NCBI GenBank assembly: GCA_963677435.1
Contig: OY781945.1
Coordinates: 832,001-896,000 of the forward strand
Length of the DNA stretch: 64,000 nt
Direction of reading: 5' to 3'
Source of the DNA: an uncultured Aliarcobacter sp.
Lineage (GTDB): Bacteria; Campylobacterota; Campylobacteria; Campylobacterales; Arcobacteraceae
Positions 1 through 9,659 of this stretch are shown one piece after another. Position 1 is the stretch's first letter. The number at the start of each line of letters is the position of its first letter. Below the pieces are notes generated by a model. That model saw nothing but the letters and a program-made list of their open reading frames with translations, searched no databases and was not told the DNA's origin. The position numbers and the translations under genes were made by a program.

Positions 1-2
1 GA

Positions 3-995
3 AAAGAGTTTAAAATATCTGAAGTTGCTGAAACAGCTGGTGAGAATTCTGTGGTTCAAGGAAATTTTCAAACTACATCAACAGCATCAAAAGGTTCAGG
101 AATTGGTGCCTTGGATACAGCTAGAGATGCGCTTACTAAGTTGATAACTGGAAAACAACAAGATGTTTATACTGCTGCTAATTTGAGTATAGATGGAACG
201 GCGAAAGATTATACTTATGGCATAACAATATATGATAAAGAGTTAAGAAGTAATTTACCAATACCAAATGATGGAGGCGTTCCTCCTCAAGCTACACCTC
301 TCTTTATTAATAATGCATCAAGTATTGATGATGTAATTTCTCAGATTAATGCAAATCCTGACCTATCAGCGCAAATTGTAGCTAGAAATGTAAATGGAAA
401 TTTAGTTATAGAAACTCTTGATTCAAATTATGATGTTGAATTTACAGGATCTATGAAAGTTTCTGATGATAATACAGGAACAGCTGGATCTCCTGCTGGA
501 ACATTTACTCCAATAGATGTAAATAGTAACTATTCTGGAAGAAAAGGTGCTGGAGCAGAGTTTATTGAGATAGTAAACAAAGTAGATCAAACATCAACTA
601 AAGGAAGTTTACAATTAAGATTAGATACTTTAGGTATTTCAGATTCTCCTTTTGGTGAATTTTCAATAGATAGTACAGGTCTTATTACTATGAAACAAGA
701 TGGGGTTGAGTTTGCTGTAGGTCAAGTTGCTATTGCAGTTTTTAATAATAATCGAGGATTAAATCCTGTAGGAGGAAATCTTCTAGCAAAAACTAATGAA
801 TCAGGTGATCCTGTATATAATCTAAATAATGCAAAAACAGCTGAGATACAATCTAAAACTTTAGAACTAAGTACAGCAGATTTATCTGAAAGTCTTGTAA
901 ATTTAATGGTATTTCAAAGAGCTTTTGAAGCAAATGCTAAATCAATTACAACAGCTGACGAACTTTTAACTACTTTAATTGGGTTAAAAAGATAA
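3..995 (+). CDS. flgE: Flagellar hook protein FlgE, C-terminal part (5' end lies upstream of the window)
   Basis: Frame is open from nt 3 (KEFKISEVAETAGENS...). C-terminal hook/rod motif LELSTADLSESLVNLMVFQRAFEANAKSITTADELL and GQVAIAVFNN..GL segment. A hook-family paralog cannot be excluded. Confidence 0.85.
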   Translation, partial: KEFKISEVAETAGENSVVQGNFQTTSTASKGSGIGALDTARDALTKLITGKQQDVYTAANLSIDGTAKDYTYGITIYDKELRSNLPIPNDGGVPPQATPLFINNASSIDDVISQINANPDLSAQIVARNVNGNLVIETLDSNYDVEFTGSMKVSDDNTGTAGSPAGTFTPIDVNSNYSGRKGAGAEFIEIVNKVDQTSTKGSLQLRLDTLGISDSPFGEFSIDSTGLITMKQDGVEFAVGQVAIAVFNNNRGLNPVGGNLLAKTNESGDPVYNLNNAKTAEIQSKTLELSTADLSESLVNLMVFQRAFEANAKSITTADELLTTLIGLKR

Positions 996-1000
996 TTTTT

Positions 1001-1029
1001 TAAATAGAGTAGAGTTTCTACTCTATTTA
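1001..1029 (+). terminator. Hairpin / probable intrinsic terminator after flgE
   Basis: Perfect 13-bp inverted repeat TAAATAGAGTAGA-gtt-TCTACTCTATTTA just after the stop codon. Confidence 0.65.
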
Positions 1030-1047
1030 TATTTAAATAGGATAAAT

Positions 1048-1377
1048 TTGGAAAATTTTTTATTAATTATAGTGCTAGGAGTTTTATTACTCTACTTTTT
1101 TTCAAGCTCAAATGTTTATAAATCTTTATACAAAAAGGTAAATGAAGAGAAAAATATTTTACAAGAAGAGGTTGGTAAATTTGAATCGCTAATTGATAGG
1201 TATGAAAAGCAAGTGAAAATAAGTGCAAACACTTTAAAAACTAATCAGGGAACCTTACAAGTAGCAAGAGATGATTTACAAGTATTGCGTATAGAAAATA
1301 TAAATCTAAAAAATAGACTAGATGAATTAGAAAAAAGAAATGAAGAGCTTTATGCTCAAGTTAATGCGATGGTTTAG
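1048..1377 (+). CDS. Hypothetical membrane-anchored coiled-coil protein
   Basis: TTG start with AGGA RBS; N-terminal hydrophobic helix followed by a heptad-rich charged region. Confidence 0.75.
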   Translation: MENFLLIIVLGVLLLYFFSSSNVYKSLYKKVNEEKNILQEEVGKFESLIDRYEKQVKISANTLKTNQGTLQVARDDLQVLRIENINLKNRLDELEKRNEELYAQVNAMV

Positions 1378-1390
1378 GTTTTAAGATTAC

Positions 1391-3388
1391 ATGAATTTAG
1401 TATATAAATTATTATTAACACTTTTATTTATCAATTATACTTTATATGCTAATGAAGATTTAATTGAATCTCAACCTGAAATTATATTTCAGTTTGAGAA
1501 ATTAAAAAAATCTCAAGAAAATCTAGCCTTACAAATTGATTTTAATAAAGCAGTTTTACATTTAAGTAAAGATGAATATGAAGAAGCAATTAAACTTTTT
1601 GAAAAAACTTCTAAAATAATTGAAGTACCATCTTATTTAAATATGGGTATTGCATACTATAAATTAGGTTCAATAGATAATGCAATAGTGTATTTAAATA
1701 AAATTTATGAAAAACCTGAGAATGCAAATATCCATACCTTCCCTTATATGGCTGCATGTTATTATTTGTATCAGATTTCAAAAGATAATAAATATCTTGA
1801 TACTATTATTAAAGTTTCCAAGAAATTTAAAAATTTATCTGAACACTCAAAAAGAATGCTTTCAGATACTTATATTATTTTAAAAGAGTATGAAAATGCA
1901 TTAGAAGTTTTGAATACAATGGATTATGCCATGGATTTAAAAAAAGCATTAATTTATATAAAACTAAAAGATTATGAAAAAGCAAATTTATTATTAAAAA
2001 AAGCAAAAGAACAAAATGTTAATCCAAATACAGTTGACAAAATTTTATGGTTTTTAAGTTATACAGATTTAAAAATGAATAATATTGAAGGATTAAAAGA
2101 GACTTTAGATTTAATAAATGAGAGAAAAAATACTTTTAAAGCCAATACTGAATTACCTTTAGAAATATTTTTTAATAAAAATAAGTTCACTACAAAACAA
2201 TATTTAGATTCTGTTATAAAATTTGATGAAGATAGAAAAGTTGATTTTATTTTTTATTTTGCACCATTTATTTTCTCTGATTCTCAAGAGATTATTTATG
2301 ATAGCTTAAAAGGATTTATTTATAATCAAAAAGAGAATATTATTAATCTAGAAGAGATGGTTGAATACAATGCAAAATTCCTTAAAATCGTAAAAGAAGA
2401 TCCAATTATAAGAGTTGTAGAACTTCAAAAAATGCTAACAAAAGATACAAAATCTTATATTTTTTATAATTTAGCATTATCTTTTGCTCAAATTAATGAC
2501 TTTAATAATGCATTTAAATATTTTGAAAGAGCATATAAATTAAATCCTGGGAATAAACTTTACTCTATAATGTACCTAATTACTGCAAATAGATTAAATG
2601 TTAGAATTAAAGATAAAGAATATATTGAATCAAATATAAAAAGTAATAATGGCCTTTATAATTATTTTTCTAAAGAGATTTATAAAATATTTATCAATCC
2701 TCAATTTACATCAGCTGATAAACCTTTAGAGTATGAAAATACAATATTTTATCAAGCAATAGATTTTTTGAAGGCGATGGAAAGCAAAAAATTAGATGAA
2801 AATCATATATTATTAGATGAGCATTTTAAAGATCCTTTAACTTTTTTAATAAAATTAGTCCAACGAAGAAAGGGTGAAACAGATTATGATTATCATGCGA
2901 GATTACAAGATTCTTTACCCTTAACTTTAAATAATCAATTTTTAGAAGGACCATTAATTATAACTAGATATTATGTTGATATTTTAAAGGGATTAGGCCT
3001 TTTCTCAAAAGCAGATATGAATATTACAGGTAAAAAGACACCTTCATATTTAAGAACAAAAGCGTTAAAAGATTTACATTCAAATTCACCTGATGAATCA
3101 ATAAAAACATTAGAGTATTTACAATCAGAATATAAATTAGAAGATAAATATACAATGTATTTAATGGTTGCTGCATTATTAGAAGCAGGAAGATATAATG
3201 ATGCCTCTATACAAATATCATTAATTAAAGCCATTTTAAATGACCAAGATGCAGATTTTTTAACAGCAATTCAGTTAATTCAAGAGTTGAAAATATCAAG
3301 TGCTAAACAATATTTAATTAGACCTTATTTAGATTCTTTAATTGATTTTAAATTAATTGGATTTGATCAGTATCTAGAATCTCTATAG
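1391..3388 (+). CDS. Exported TPR-repeat protein, putative flagellar motor accessory/scaffold
   Basis: Signal-peptide-like N-terminus; TPR consensus segments (YLNMGIAYYKLGSIDNAIVYL, FYNLALSFAQINDFNNAFKYFERAYKLNP); lies in the flagellar cluster. Confidence 0.75.
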   Translation: MNLVYKLLLTLLFINYTLYANEDLIESQPEIIFQFEKLKKSQENLALQIDFNKAVLHLSKDEYEEAIKLFEKTSKIIEVPSYLNMGIAYYKLGSIDNAIVYLNKIYEKPENANIHTFPYMAACYYLYQISKDNKYLDTIIKVSKKFKNLSEHSKRMLSDTYIILKEYENALEVLNTMDYAMDLKKALIYIKLKDYEKANLLLKKAKEQNVNPNTVDKILWFLSYTDLKMNNIEGLKETLDLINERKNTFKANTELPLEIFFNKNKFTTKQYLDSVIKFDEDRKVDFIFYFAPFIFSDSQEIIYDSLKGFIYNQKENIINLEEMVEYNAKFLKIVKEDPIIRVVELQKMLTKDTKSYIFYNLALSFAQINDFNNAFKYFERAYKLNPGNKLYSIMYLITANRLNVRIKDKEYIESNIKSNNGLYNYFSKEIYKIFINPQFTSADKPLEYENTIFYQAIDFLKAMESKKLDENHILLDEHFKDPLTFLIKLVQRRKGETDYDYHARLQDSLPLTLNNQFLEGPLIITRYYVDILKGLGLFSKADMNITGKKTPSYLRTKALKDLHSNSPDESIKTLEYLQSEYKLEDKYTMYLMVAALLEAGRYNDASIQISLIKAILNDQDADFLTAIQLIQELKISSAKQYLIRPYLDSLIDFKLIGFDQYLESL

Positions 3389-3423
3389 TTTATACAAAAA
3401 TTCCTAAAAAATTTAATTTTTTC

Positions 3424-3432
3424 TGCTATAAT
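3424..3432 (+). promoter_or_regulatory. Extended -10 sigma70 promoter element (TGcTATAAT) upstream of flaG-fliY-motAB
   Basis: Exact TGnTATAAT 32 nt upstream of ATG 3465, with AAGGAGG RBS between. Confidence 0.65.
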
Positions 3433-3464
3433 AAGTGAAAATAGTTACTTTTAAGGAGGATATT

Positions 3465-3779
3465 ATGGAAATTAGTAGAATAGCTGAAATTGATAATTCT
3501 AAAATTAATAATTTAGAAAAAATCCAAAAAGTTAGTAATGTTGATCAAAAGAGTAAAGTTATACAAGAAGATGAGTATAAAAAAGCATTAGGTAAACAAG
3601 AAGTATTAGATAAAAATGAAGTAATTTTAGATAATGTAAAGTTCGGATACAATAAAAGTTCAAAAGATTTTTTTGTAAAAGTAACAAGAGGTGAAGCTGA
3701 ATATAAATATCCAACAGAGGATATGATGAAGGTTAAAGCCTATGTATTACAAGAATTAGAAAATTCAAATAATAAATGA
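3465..3779 (+). CDS. flaG: FlaG-family protein
   Basis: Start moved to ATG 3465 (strong AAGGAGG RBS). C-terminal VKFGYN..FFVKV....YPTEDMMKV resembles the FlaG fold pattern. Confidence 0.6.
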   Translation: MEISRIAEIDNSKINNLEKIQKVSNVDQKSKVIQEDEYKKALGKQEVLDKNEVILDNVKFGYNKSSKDFFVKVTRGEAEYKYPTEDMMKVKAYVLQELENSNNK

Positions 3780-3791
3780 AGGTAGTTTTAA

Positions 3792-4664
3792 TTGGCATCA
3801 GACTTATCAAATATATTTAAAGAAGAGTTCTCTAATACACTAGAGCAATTATTATCAAAAAGTGCTCAGATAGAAGACATTGTAACTTTAGTTAGTGATA
3901 ATTTTGATTCTACACAACTAGTTGAATGTACAGTTAAATTTGATTTTAAAGGTATTTCTCCTAAGATTACTTTTTATGTACCAACATTAACAGCAGCAAA
4001 ATTTGAGTATTTGATGCTTGGAGGAATGGGAGATTTAAAAGAACATATTGATGATGAAATTACAGATGCCGTAAATGAAATTATTTCAAATATTTGCGGA
4101 AGTTTTTGTACTTCTGTAAATGCACAAGGATTAAGTGATATTGGAAGTATAAAATCAGAAGTAAAAAGCTCTATTATTGTTGAAGGTTCATCATTAGAAA
4201 GTAAAAAAAATATTTATGAAATGATAGTTTCTTTAGATGATGAAAAACTACCTTTTATTATATATTTTGATGATATGATTTTGCCATTTTTTTCTTCTAT
4301 TACAGGAGTAAGTTCTGATGAAGTAGAAATTAAAACAGAGACTCCTCCTGTTGTGTCAAACAATAATTACAATATGCATTCAACTCCAACTGTACAAACT
4401 CCAAAAAACTTAGAACTTTTATACAATATAAAGTTAAAACTTAGTGTTCGACTAGGAACAAAGGTTGTTTTATTAAAAGATATTTTAAGATGGGATGTTG
4501 GAGAAATTATTGAACTTGAACAAATGGTAAATGAACCTTTAGAAGTTTTAGTCAATGGTGTTAAAATAGGTGTTGGAGAAGCTGTAATTGTTGAAGGAAA
4601 ATTTGGGCTTAAAATTAAGAAAATCGGAAATGAAGATTTTAGACTAAATCATATAGGATTGTAA
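3792..4664 (+). CDS. fliY: Flagellar motor switch protein FliY/FliN family
   Basis: CheC-like N-domain (DAVNEIISNI) plus C-terminal SpoA domain (LSVRLG...VGEIIELEQ..EPLEVLVNG..IGVGEAVIVEGKFGLKI). Confidence 0.85.
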   Translation: MASDLSNIFKEEFSNTLEQLLSKSAQIEDIVTLVSDNFDSTQLVECTVKFDFKGISPKITFYVPTLTAAKFEYLMLGGMGDLKEHIDDEITDAVNEIISNICGSFCTSVNAQGLSDIGSIKSEVKSSIIVEGSSLESKKNIYEMIVSLDDEKLPFIIYFDDMILPFFSSITGVSSDEVEIKTETPPVVSNNNYNMHSTPTVQTPKNLELLYNIKLKLSVRLGTKVVLLKDILRWDVGEIIELEQMVNEPLEVLVNGVKIGVGEAVIVEGKFGLKIKKIGNEDFRLNHIGL

Positions 4665-4667
4665 TTT

Positions 4668-5423
4668 ATGGATAAAAGTACCGCAGGAGGATTAGGAGGA
4701 GGTTGGGGATTAGTTGCTCTTGCCATAATTTTAGGTGGAGTAGGTTTTGGTCCTTATATAGATGTTCCTTCAGTTGTAATTGTTATTGGTGGTACAATAG
4801 CTGTAACCGCAGGTCAATTTGAAGCTAGCGATTTAAAAAGAATTATGCCTGCATTTAAAGTCGCTTTAAATGAGGTAAAAGTTGAACCTTTGCCTGAATT
4901 GGTTGAAAAAATAGTTTTTTATGCAACGGAAATTAAAAAACATGGTGTTATGCAAATAGAACAAAAAGTTTTACAAGAAACAAATCCTTTTTTTAAAGAG
5001 GCCTTTCAACTTTTAGTTGATGGAACTAAAGCAGATGTTTTACAACCTTTAATGGAATTAAAGTTAGAGCATATGGAAAAAAGACACTCAACAATGATAG
5101 CGATTTTTGGTAATATTGGTGGAACAGCAGGTGCAATGGGTATGATTGGAACACTAGTTGGGCTTGTTGCTATGCTTGCAAACTTATCTGATCCTGCTGC
5201 TGTTGGACCTGCAATGGCAGTTGCCTTATTAACAACATTATATGGTGCTTTACTTGGAACTCTTTTTGCTGGTATTGCAGAAAGTAAACTTTCTCAAAAA
5301 CACTCAAAAGAAGTAACAGCTTGTGAGGTAATTATTCATGGTGCAACAATGATTGCGGCTGAAGAATCAATAGGAAACATAAAAATGCAACTAAACTCAA
5401 TTTTAGTTGAAGTAGCAGAGTAG
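4668..5423 (+). CDS. motA: Flagellar stator A subunit (MotA/PomA-like)
   Basis: Four TM segments; GMIGTLVGLV..L.NL.DP..VGPAMAVALLTTLYG motif. Confidence 0.95.
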   Translation: MDKSTAGGLGGGWGLVALAIILGGVGFGPYIDVPSVVIVIGGTIAVTAGQFEASDLKRIMPAFKVALNEVKVEPLPELVEKIVFYATEIKKHGVMQIEQKVLQETNPFFKEAFQLLVDGTKADVLQPLMELKLEHMEKRHSTMIAIFGNIGGTAGAMGMIGTLVGLVAMLANLSDPAAVGPAMAVALLTTLYGALLGTLFAGIAESKLSQKHSKEVTACEVIIHGATMIAAEESIGNIKMQLNSILVEVAE

Positions 5424-5432
5424 AGTTAAGTT

Positions 5433-6209
5433 ATGGCTAAAAATAAATGTCCAGAGTGTCCTAAGTGTTTACCCGGTTGGCTAGTACAATTTGGTGATTT
5501 AATGTCACTGCTACTTACTTTTTTTATTCTTTTATTATCAATGGCTGTAATGGATAAAGTAAAAGTTGAAGAGTACTTTAATATTATGAAAAAAGCTATG
5601 GGCTTTATTGATGCATCAACTGATGTCGAAACACAAAGTGATGCTTATTCTACTCAAAATAATAGTTCAGATTCAGATCAAAATGATTCTTCAAATGAAA
5701 GTTCTTTTGATAATACAGAACAAAATGTTGCACAAGCAGTGCAAGAGATGAATTCTAGTCAAAATACTGAAAGTCAAGAAATAAAAATGGAAAAAGGCAA
5801 AAATGAGTTCGTTTTAGATATTCCTTCAAGTATAATGTTTGATGATGGAGAATATGAATTAACAAACTCAAGTGCAAAAATATTTATTTCTAAAATTGCA
5901 CGAGTTATAAGAACAATGCCCCAAACTTTTAATATTGAAATAATAGGATATACTGATACAAATAGGGTTTTAAGTAGTACGATTCCTAGAGATGCGTGGG
6001 ATATATCAGCATTAAGATCTATCTCAGTTGTTAAAGAATTAATAAAAAATAAAATTGATCCATCAATATTAAAGGTTTCAGCTTATGGTTCATTTCATCC
6101 TAAAAGTGATGTTGCAGCTGATAATAGAAGAGTTGAAATGAGATTTTTTTCTCAAGACAATCAACAAGATATTTTAACACAAGAAAATTTCTTTGATAGG
6201 TTGGAATAA
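5433..6209 (+). CDS. motB: Flagellar stator B subunit (MotB/PomB-like)
   Basis: WLVQFGDLMSLLLTFFILL TM with the essential Asp; OmpA-like domain (GYTD...WDISALR...NRRVE). Confidence 0.95.
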   Translation: MAKNKCPECPKCLPGWLVQFGDLMSLLLTFFILLLSMAVMDKVKVEEYFNIMKKAMGFIDASTDVETQSDAYSTQNNSSDSDQNDSSNESSFDNTEQNVAQAVQEMNSSQNTESQEIKMEKGKNEFVLDIPSSIMFDDGEYELTNSSAKIFISKIARVIRTMPQTFNIEIIGYTDTNRVLSSTIPRDAWDISALRSISVVKELIKNKIDPSILKVSAYGSFHPKSDVAADNRRVEMRFFSQDNQQDILTQENFFDRLE

Positions 6210-6514
6210 TGGAAATAGGAACTAATAATTTAATAAATCAAGATTTATTACAAAGTAGTAAATTAAGTAATGTTAAAGAAGAAAACTTAAAAAATAGTAA
6301 TGATGAACAATTAAAAAAAGTTTGTAATGATTTTGAATCTTTTTTTATAAATGAAATTATGGATGTGTCTTTACGCTCAACAAAAGTTGCAGGTGAAGGA
6401 GCAGGGTCTGATATTATTAAAGGTATGTATACACAATCTATTGCTGATAACTCTTCAGGAAGTTTAGGTATTAGCAATATGTTATATGAATTTTTAACAA
6501 AAAATAAAAAATAA
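6209..6514 (+). CDS. flgJ: FlgJ-like rod-binding (rod cap) protein without muramidase domain
   Basis: LKKVCNDFESFF...M...R...GMY..SIA......LGISNMLYEFL matches the rod-binding domain pattern; 101 aa. Confidence 0.75.
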   Translation: MEIGTNNLINQDLLQSSKLSNVKEENLKNSNDEQLKKVCNDFESFFINEIMDVSLRSTKVAGEGAGSDIIKGMYTQSIADNSSGSLGISNMLYEFLTKNKK

Positions 6515-6522
6515 GGATTCTT

Positions 6523-6900
6523 GTGATTGAAAATACTATAAAAAACATGTCGGAATTAATTGTAAAGTTGAAAGATTCTATTTCTTTAGACATTGAAGAT
6601 ATTAAAGCTGCAAAACATGAAGAACTTCTTAATCGAAATGATGAAAAGCATCTAATGATAGAAGAAATTACTCTTTTGAAGGCTCAGCTAAATAATGAGC
6701 TTGTATTGAAAATACAAGAAGGAATAGATGTTAATATTTATAGAGCAAGTGTAGATTTATTAGAAGTACAATTAAAAGAACTTTATGAATTAAATAGAAA
6801 ATTAGCTTCAATAGTATTGCCTGTTCAACAAATGTATAAAGAATTGGTTTCTGAAATAAGTGCAGCTAATGGAGGGAAAATCTTTGATATTAAAGCTTAG
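6523..6900 (+). CDS. Helical flagellar export chaperone, FlgN-like
   Basis: All-helical 125 aa; LKELYELNRKLA resembles FlgN; follows flgJ. Confidence 0.5.
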   Translation: MIENTIKNMSELIVKLKDSISLDIEDIKAAKHEELLNRNDEKHLMIEEITLLKAQLNNELVLKIQEGIDVNIYRASVDLLEVQLKELYELNRKLASIVLPVQQMYKELVSEISAANGGKIFDIKA

Positions 6901-7279
6901 TTTTATAGTTTTTATATTAAATATCGATCTTTTTGCTATTAGTGTATTAGTTTCAAATGAATCTATAAATTTTGAAGAAAAAATTGATAGTTCAAAAGTA
7001 AAAATACAAAATGTAGATGAAATAAATAAGACTTGTAATCCTTTAAAATTAGTTCAGATACAAAATGAAGAATATATTACAACACATTACATAAATAAAA
7101 ATACTATTATTTGTTTAAAAGATGTAAAAAAATATGAAGATGAATCTATAATTTTCAATTTTGGTGGTGTTAAAATTGAAAAAAAAGGTAAAATTATTTA
7201 TGAAAATAATGATTTTATTCGTATAAAAAATATAGATGGAACAATAGAACAAATATATAAAGATGGAAGAATAAAATGA
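6884..7279 (+). CDS. Small exported protein, SAF/FlgA-like
   Basis: Likely TTG start at 6884 after GGAGG (6871-6875); signal peptide ending LFA; VLVSNESI...I..THYINKNTII resembles a SAF domain. Confidence 0.45.
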   Translation: MILKLSFIVFILNIDLFAISVLVSNESINFEEKIDSSKVKIQNVDEINKTCNPLKLVQIQNEEYITTHYINKNTIICLKDVKKYEDESIIFNFGGVKIEKKGKIIYENNDFIRIKNIDGTIEQIYKDGRIK

Positions 7280-8424
7280 ATATGCTCTCTTTTCTAGGAG
7301 AAACACCTACTATAGCACTTCGTCAAGCACAAGAAGAGTGTGGTGAAGATGCAATTGTAATATCTACAAAGAAAATATCTACACAACTAAATGGTAAAAG
7401 TATGTATGAAGTTGTTGTAGCAGTTGAGGATGAGCAAAAAAAGAAAAACTTGCTGTATACAAAAACTGCAATAAGTAAAGCAAGTGAAAATTCTCAACCA
7501 ATAAAAACACAAGTATATGATTTTAAAGAAGAGATTCTAAAAATGCAAAGTGTTTTAGAACAAGTTCAAAAATCAATTTGGAATCCTAAAAGTCAACTTT
7601 ATGATTTGACAATTCCTCCTGAATTTGCATCAATGTATAATATTTTTGAGCAAAATGAGTTTGATCAAGAGATGACTTATACTATTATGAAAAAAACTAT
7701 TAAACAGTTGCCAATTGCTTTAAAATCAAATCCAAAAAAAGTTAATGATTTTTTCAAATTGATTTTGAGAAGAGTAATTCCTATAAAACACGAAGTTCCT
7801 TTACGAAAACATCAAAGAAAAATAATTATGATGGTTGGACCCACAGGAGTTGGAAAAACAACTACAATTTCAAAACTTGCAGCAAGATATGCTTATAAAT
7901 TGGGGCAAAATTATAAAGTTGGGATCGTAACTTTAGATTCTTTTAGAGTTGGAGCAATTGAGCAATTACAAGCTTATACAAATATTATGAGATTGCCTTT
8001 AGAAATTGTAAAAAAACCAGAAGGATTATCCGAAGCACTTCTAAGATTAAAAGATTGTAATTATATTTTTATTGATACAGCAGGTTCTAGTCAATATGAT
8101 ATTGATAAAATAGAGCTTATAAATGAATATCAAAAGAGAGTTGAAGAACTACCAATTGAGAAAATTTTAGTACTTCCTGCCAATGTTAAACATAGTGATC
8201 TCTTGGAGATTTATAAAAATTACTCAAGACTTTCTATTGATTACTTAACATTTACTAAATTAGATGAAACAAGAAGTTTTGGAAATCTTATATCATTTGC
8301 CCATAAAACAAAAAAATCAATTACTTATTTTTCAATTGGCCAAAATGTACCAGATGATTTAATTGTCTCTGATTCGACATATTTAATTGATTGTTTTATG
8401 AATAAACAATGTGTTAGGAGATAG
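7276..8424 (+). CDS. flhF: Flagellar biosynthesis SRP-family GTPase FlhF
   Basis: GPTGVGKTTTISKLAA, DSFRVGA.EQL, DTAG, TKLDE, GQNVPDD motifs. Confidence 0.97.
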   Translation: MNMLSFLGETPTIALRQAQEECGEDAIVISTKKISTQLNGKSMYEVVVAVEDEQKKKNLLYTKTAISKASENSQPIKTQVYDFKEEILKMQSVLEQVQKSIWNPKSQLYDLTIPPEFASMYNIFEQNEFDQEMTYTIMKKTIKQLPIALKSNPKKVNDFFKLILRRVIPIKHEVPLRKHQRKIIMMVGPTGVGKTTTISKLAARYAYKLGQNYKVGIVTLDSFRVGAIEQLQAYTNIMRLPLEIVKKPEGLSEALLRLKDCNYIFIDTAGSSQYDIDKIELINEYQKRVEELPIEKILVLPANVKHSDLLEIYKNYSRLSIDYLTFTKLDETRSFGNLISFAHKTKKSITYFSIGQNVPDDLIVSDSTYLIDCFMNKQCVRR

Positions 8425-8426
8425 AA

Positions 8427-9245
8427 TTGCTTAATACAATTTCTTCGCAAGCTAGTAAATTAATTAATCTTACAAATAGAGTAAAAAAAAATTATTCAAA
8501 AACAAAACTTATAACAATAACTTCAGGTAAAGGTGGTGTTGGGAAATCAACTTTTACTGCAAATATGGCTTTTCTTCTTTCTCGGAGAGGATTTAATGTT
8601 GCAGTTTTAGATGCTGATATTGGTTTGGCAAATATGCAGGTTTTATTTGATATAAAACCTCAAAATACTCTTTTTGAGTATATTGATGGTACTAAAACAT
8701 TAGATGAAGTTATAACTCCAACAGGATATTCTAATATTCATTTAATTGCTGGTAGAAGTGGTTATCAATATAGCTCCACAACAAATAGTTTTGTTTTTTC
8801 AAGAATTGTTAAAGATATAATTGCATTAAATAGATTTGATGTTTTACTTATTGATACTGGTGCTGGATTAAATGAATATGTAAAAGAATTTTTATCAATT
8901 TCAGATAATATTTTAGCAATTACGACTACAGATCCTAGTGCTTTAACAGATGTTTATTCTTTGATGAAAATGCTTTCACTTGATAAAAACAAATTAATGT
9001 TGACTTTTAATCATACAAGAAATTATCAAATTGGTGAAACCATAGCTAATTCTTTAGTGAATTTAGGGAAAAAAAATAGGTTAAACAAAGATTTTATGGT
9101 AGAATATATAGGAAACGTTTCAACTTCTGCAAATATTTCTACCACAGGAAGACTTAGAAAACTATTTGCCAATGAATTTTCATCTGATGAAACAACAAAA
9201 CAATTGCAAGTGATTATCGATCAATTATTAAAAAACATTCATTAA
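8427..9245 (+). CDS. flhG: Flagellar number regulator FlhG (MinD/ParA ATPase)
   Basis: ITSGKGGVGKST, DADIGLAN, IDTGAG; directly after flhF. Confidence 0.95.
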   Translation: MLNTISSQASKLINLTNRVKKNYSKTKLITITSGKGGVGKSTFTANMAFLLSRRGFNVAVLDADIGLANMQVLFDIKPQNTLFEYIDGTKTLDEVITPTGYSNIHLIAGRSGYQYSSTTNSFVFSRIVKDIIALNRFDVLLIDTGAGLNEYVKEFLSISDNILAITTTDPSALTDVYSLMKMLSLDKNKLMLTFNHTRNYQIGETIANSLVNLGKKNRLNKDFMVEYIGNVSTSANISTTGRLRKLFANEFSSDETTKQLQVIIDQLLKNIH

Positions 9246-9313
9246 GGTCTGTTATAGGTGTTAAAATTAAATTTAATTAATTCTATTTTTATTGTTGCAA
9301 AGAGTAGAGAATT

Positions 9314-9649
9314 ATGATTGTAGAAAGATTCTCTCAAACGGTAATAAATAGTGGAATATTTAGATTTTATATTGCAACTGGATTTTTTTCAACATTAATA
9401 TTTTTTACAATTAATGCAGAGTTATTTACTCCAATGGAGATGATTTTAGGTATAATTTTGATAACGATATGTTTAAAAGGTATTAGTAATATGATGCTCT
9501 CTTTAATTATCAGTCTGTTCAGTCTTGATAATAAAAGAAATGAATTTAATTTTAAATATAATGAAGAAAAAATTCAAGTTATGTTAAATGAGTTAACAGT
9601 AAAAGATGTGATTGATGCAAATAACAAAACTCAAAAAAAGACAAAATAA
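9314..9649 (+). CDS. Hypothetical two-TM membrane protein
   Basis: Two hydrophobic segments then a charged tail; no recognised family. Confidence 0.7.
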   Translation: MIVERFSQTVINSGIFRFYIATGFFSTLIFFTINAELFTPMEMILGIILITICLKGISNMMLSLIISLFSLDNKRNEFNFKYNEEKIQVMLNELTVKDVIDANNKTQKKTK

Positions 9650-9659
9650 GAGGTAATTT

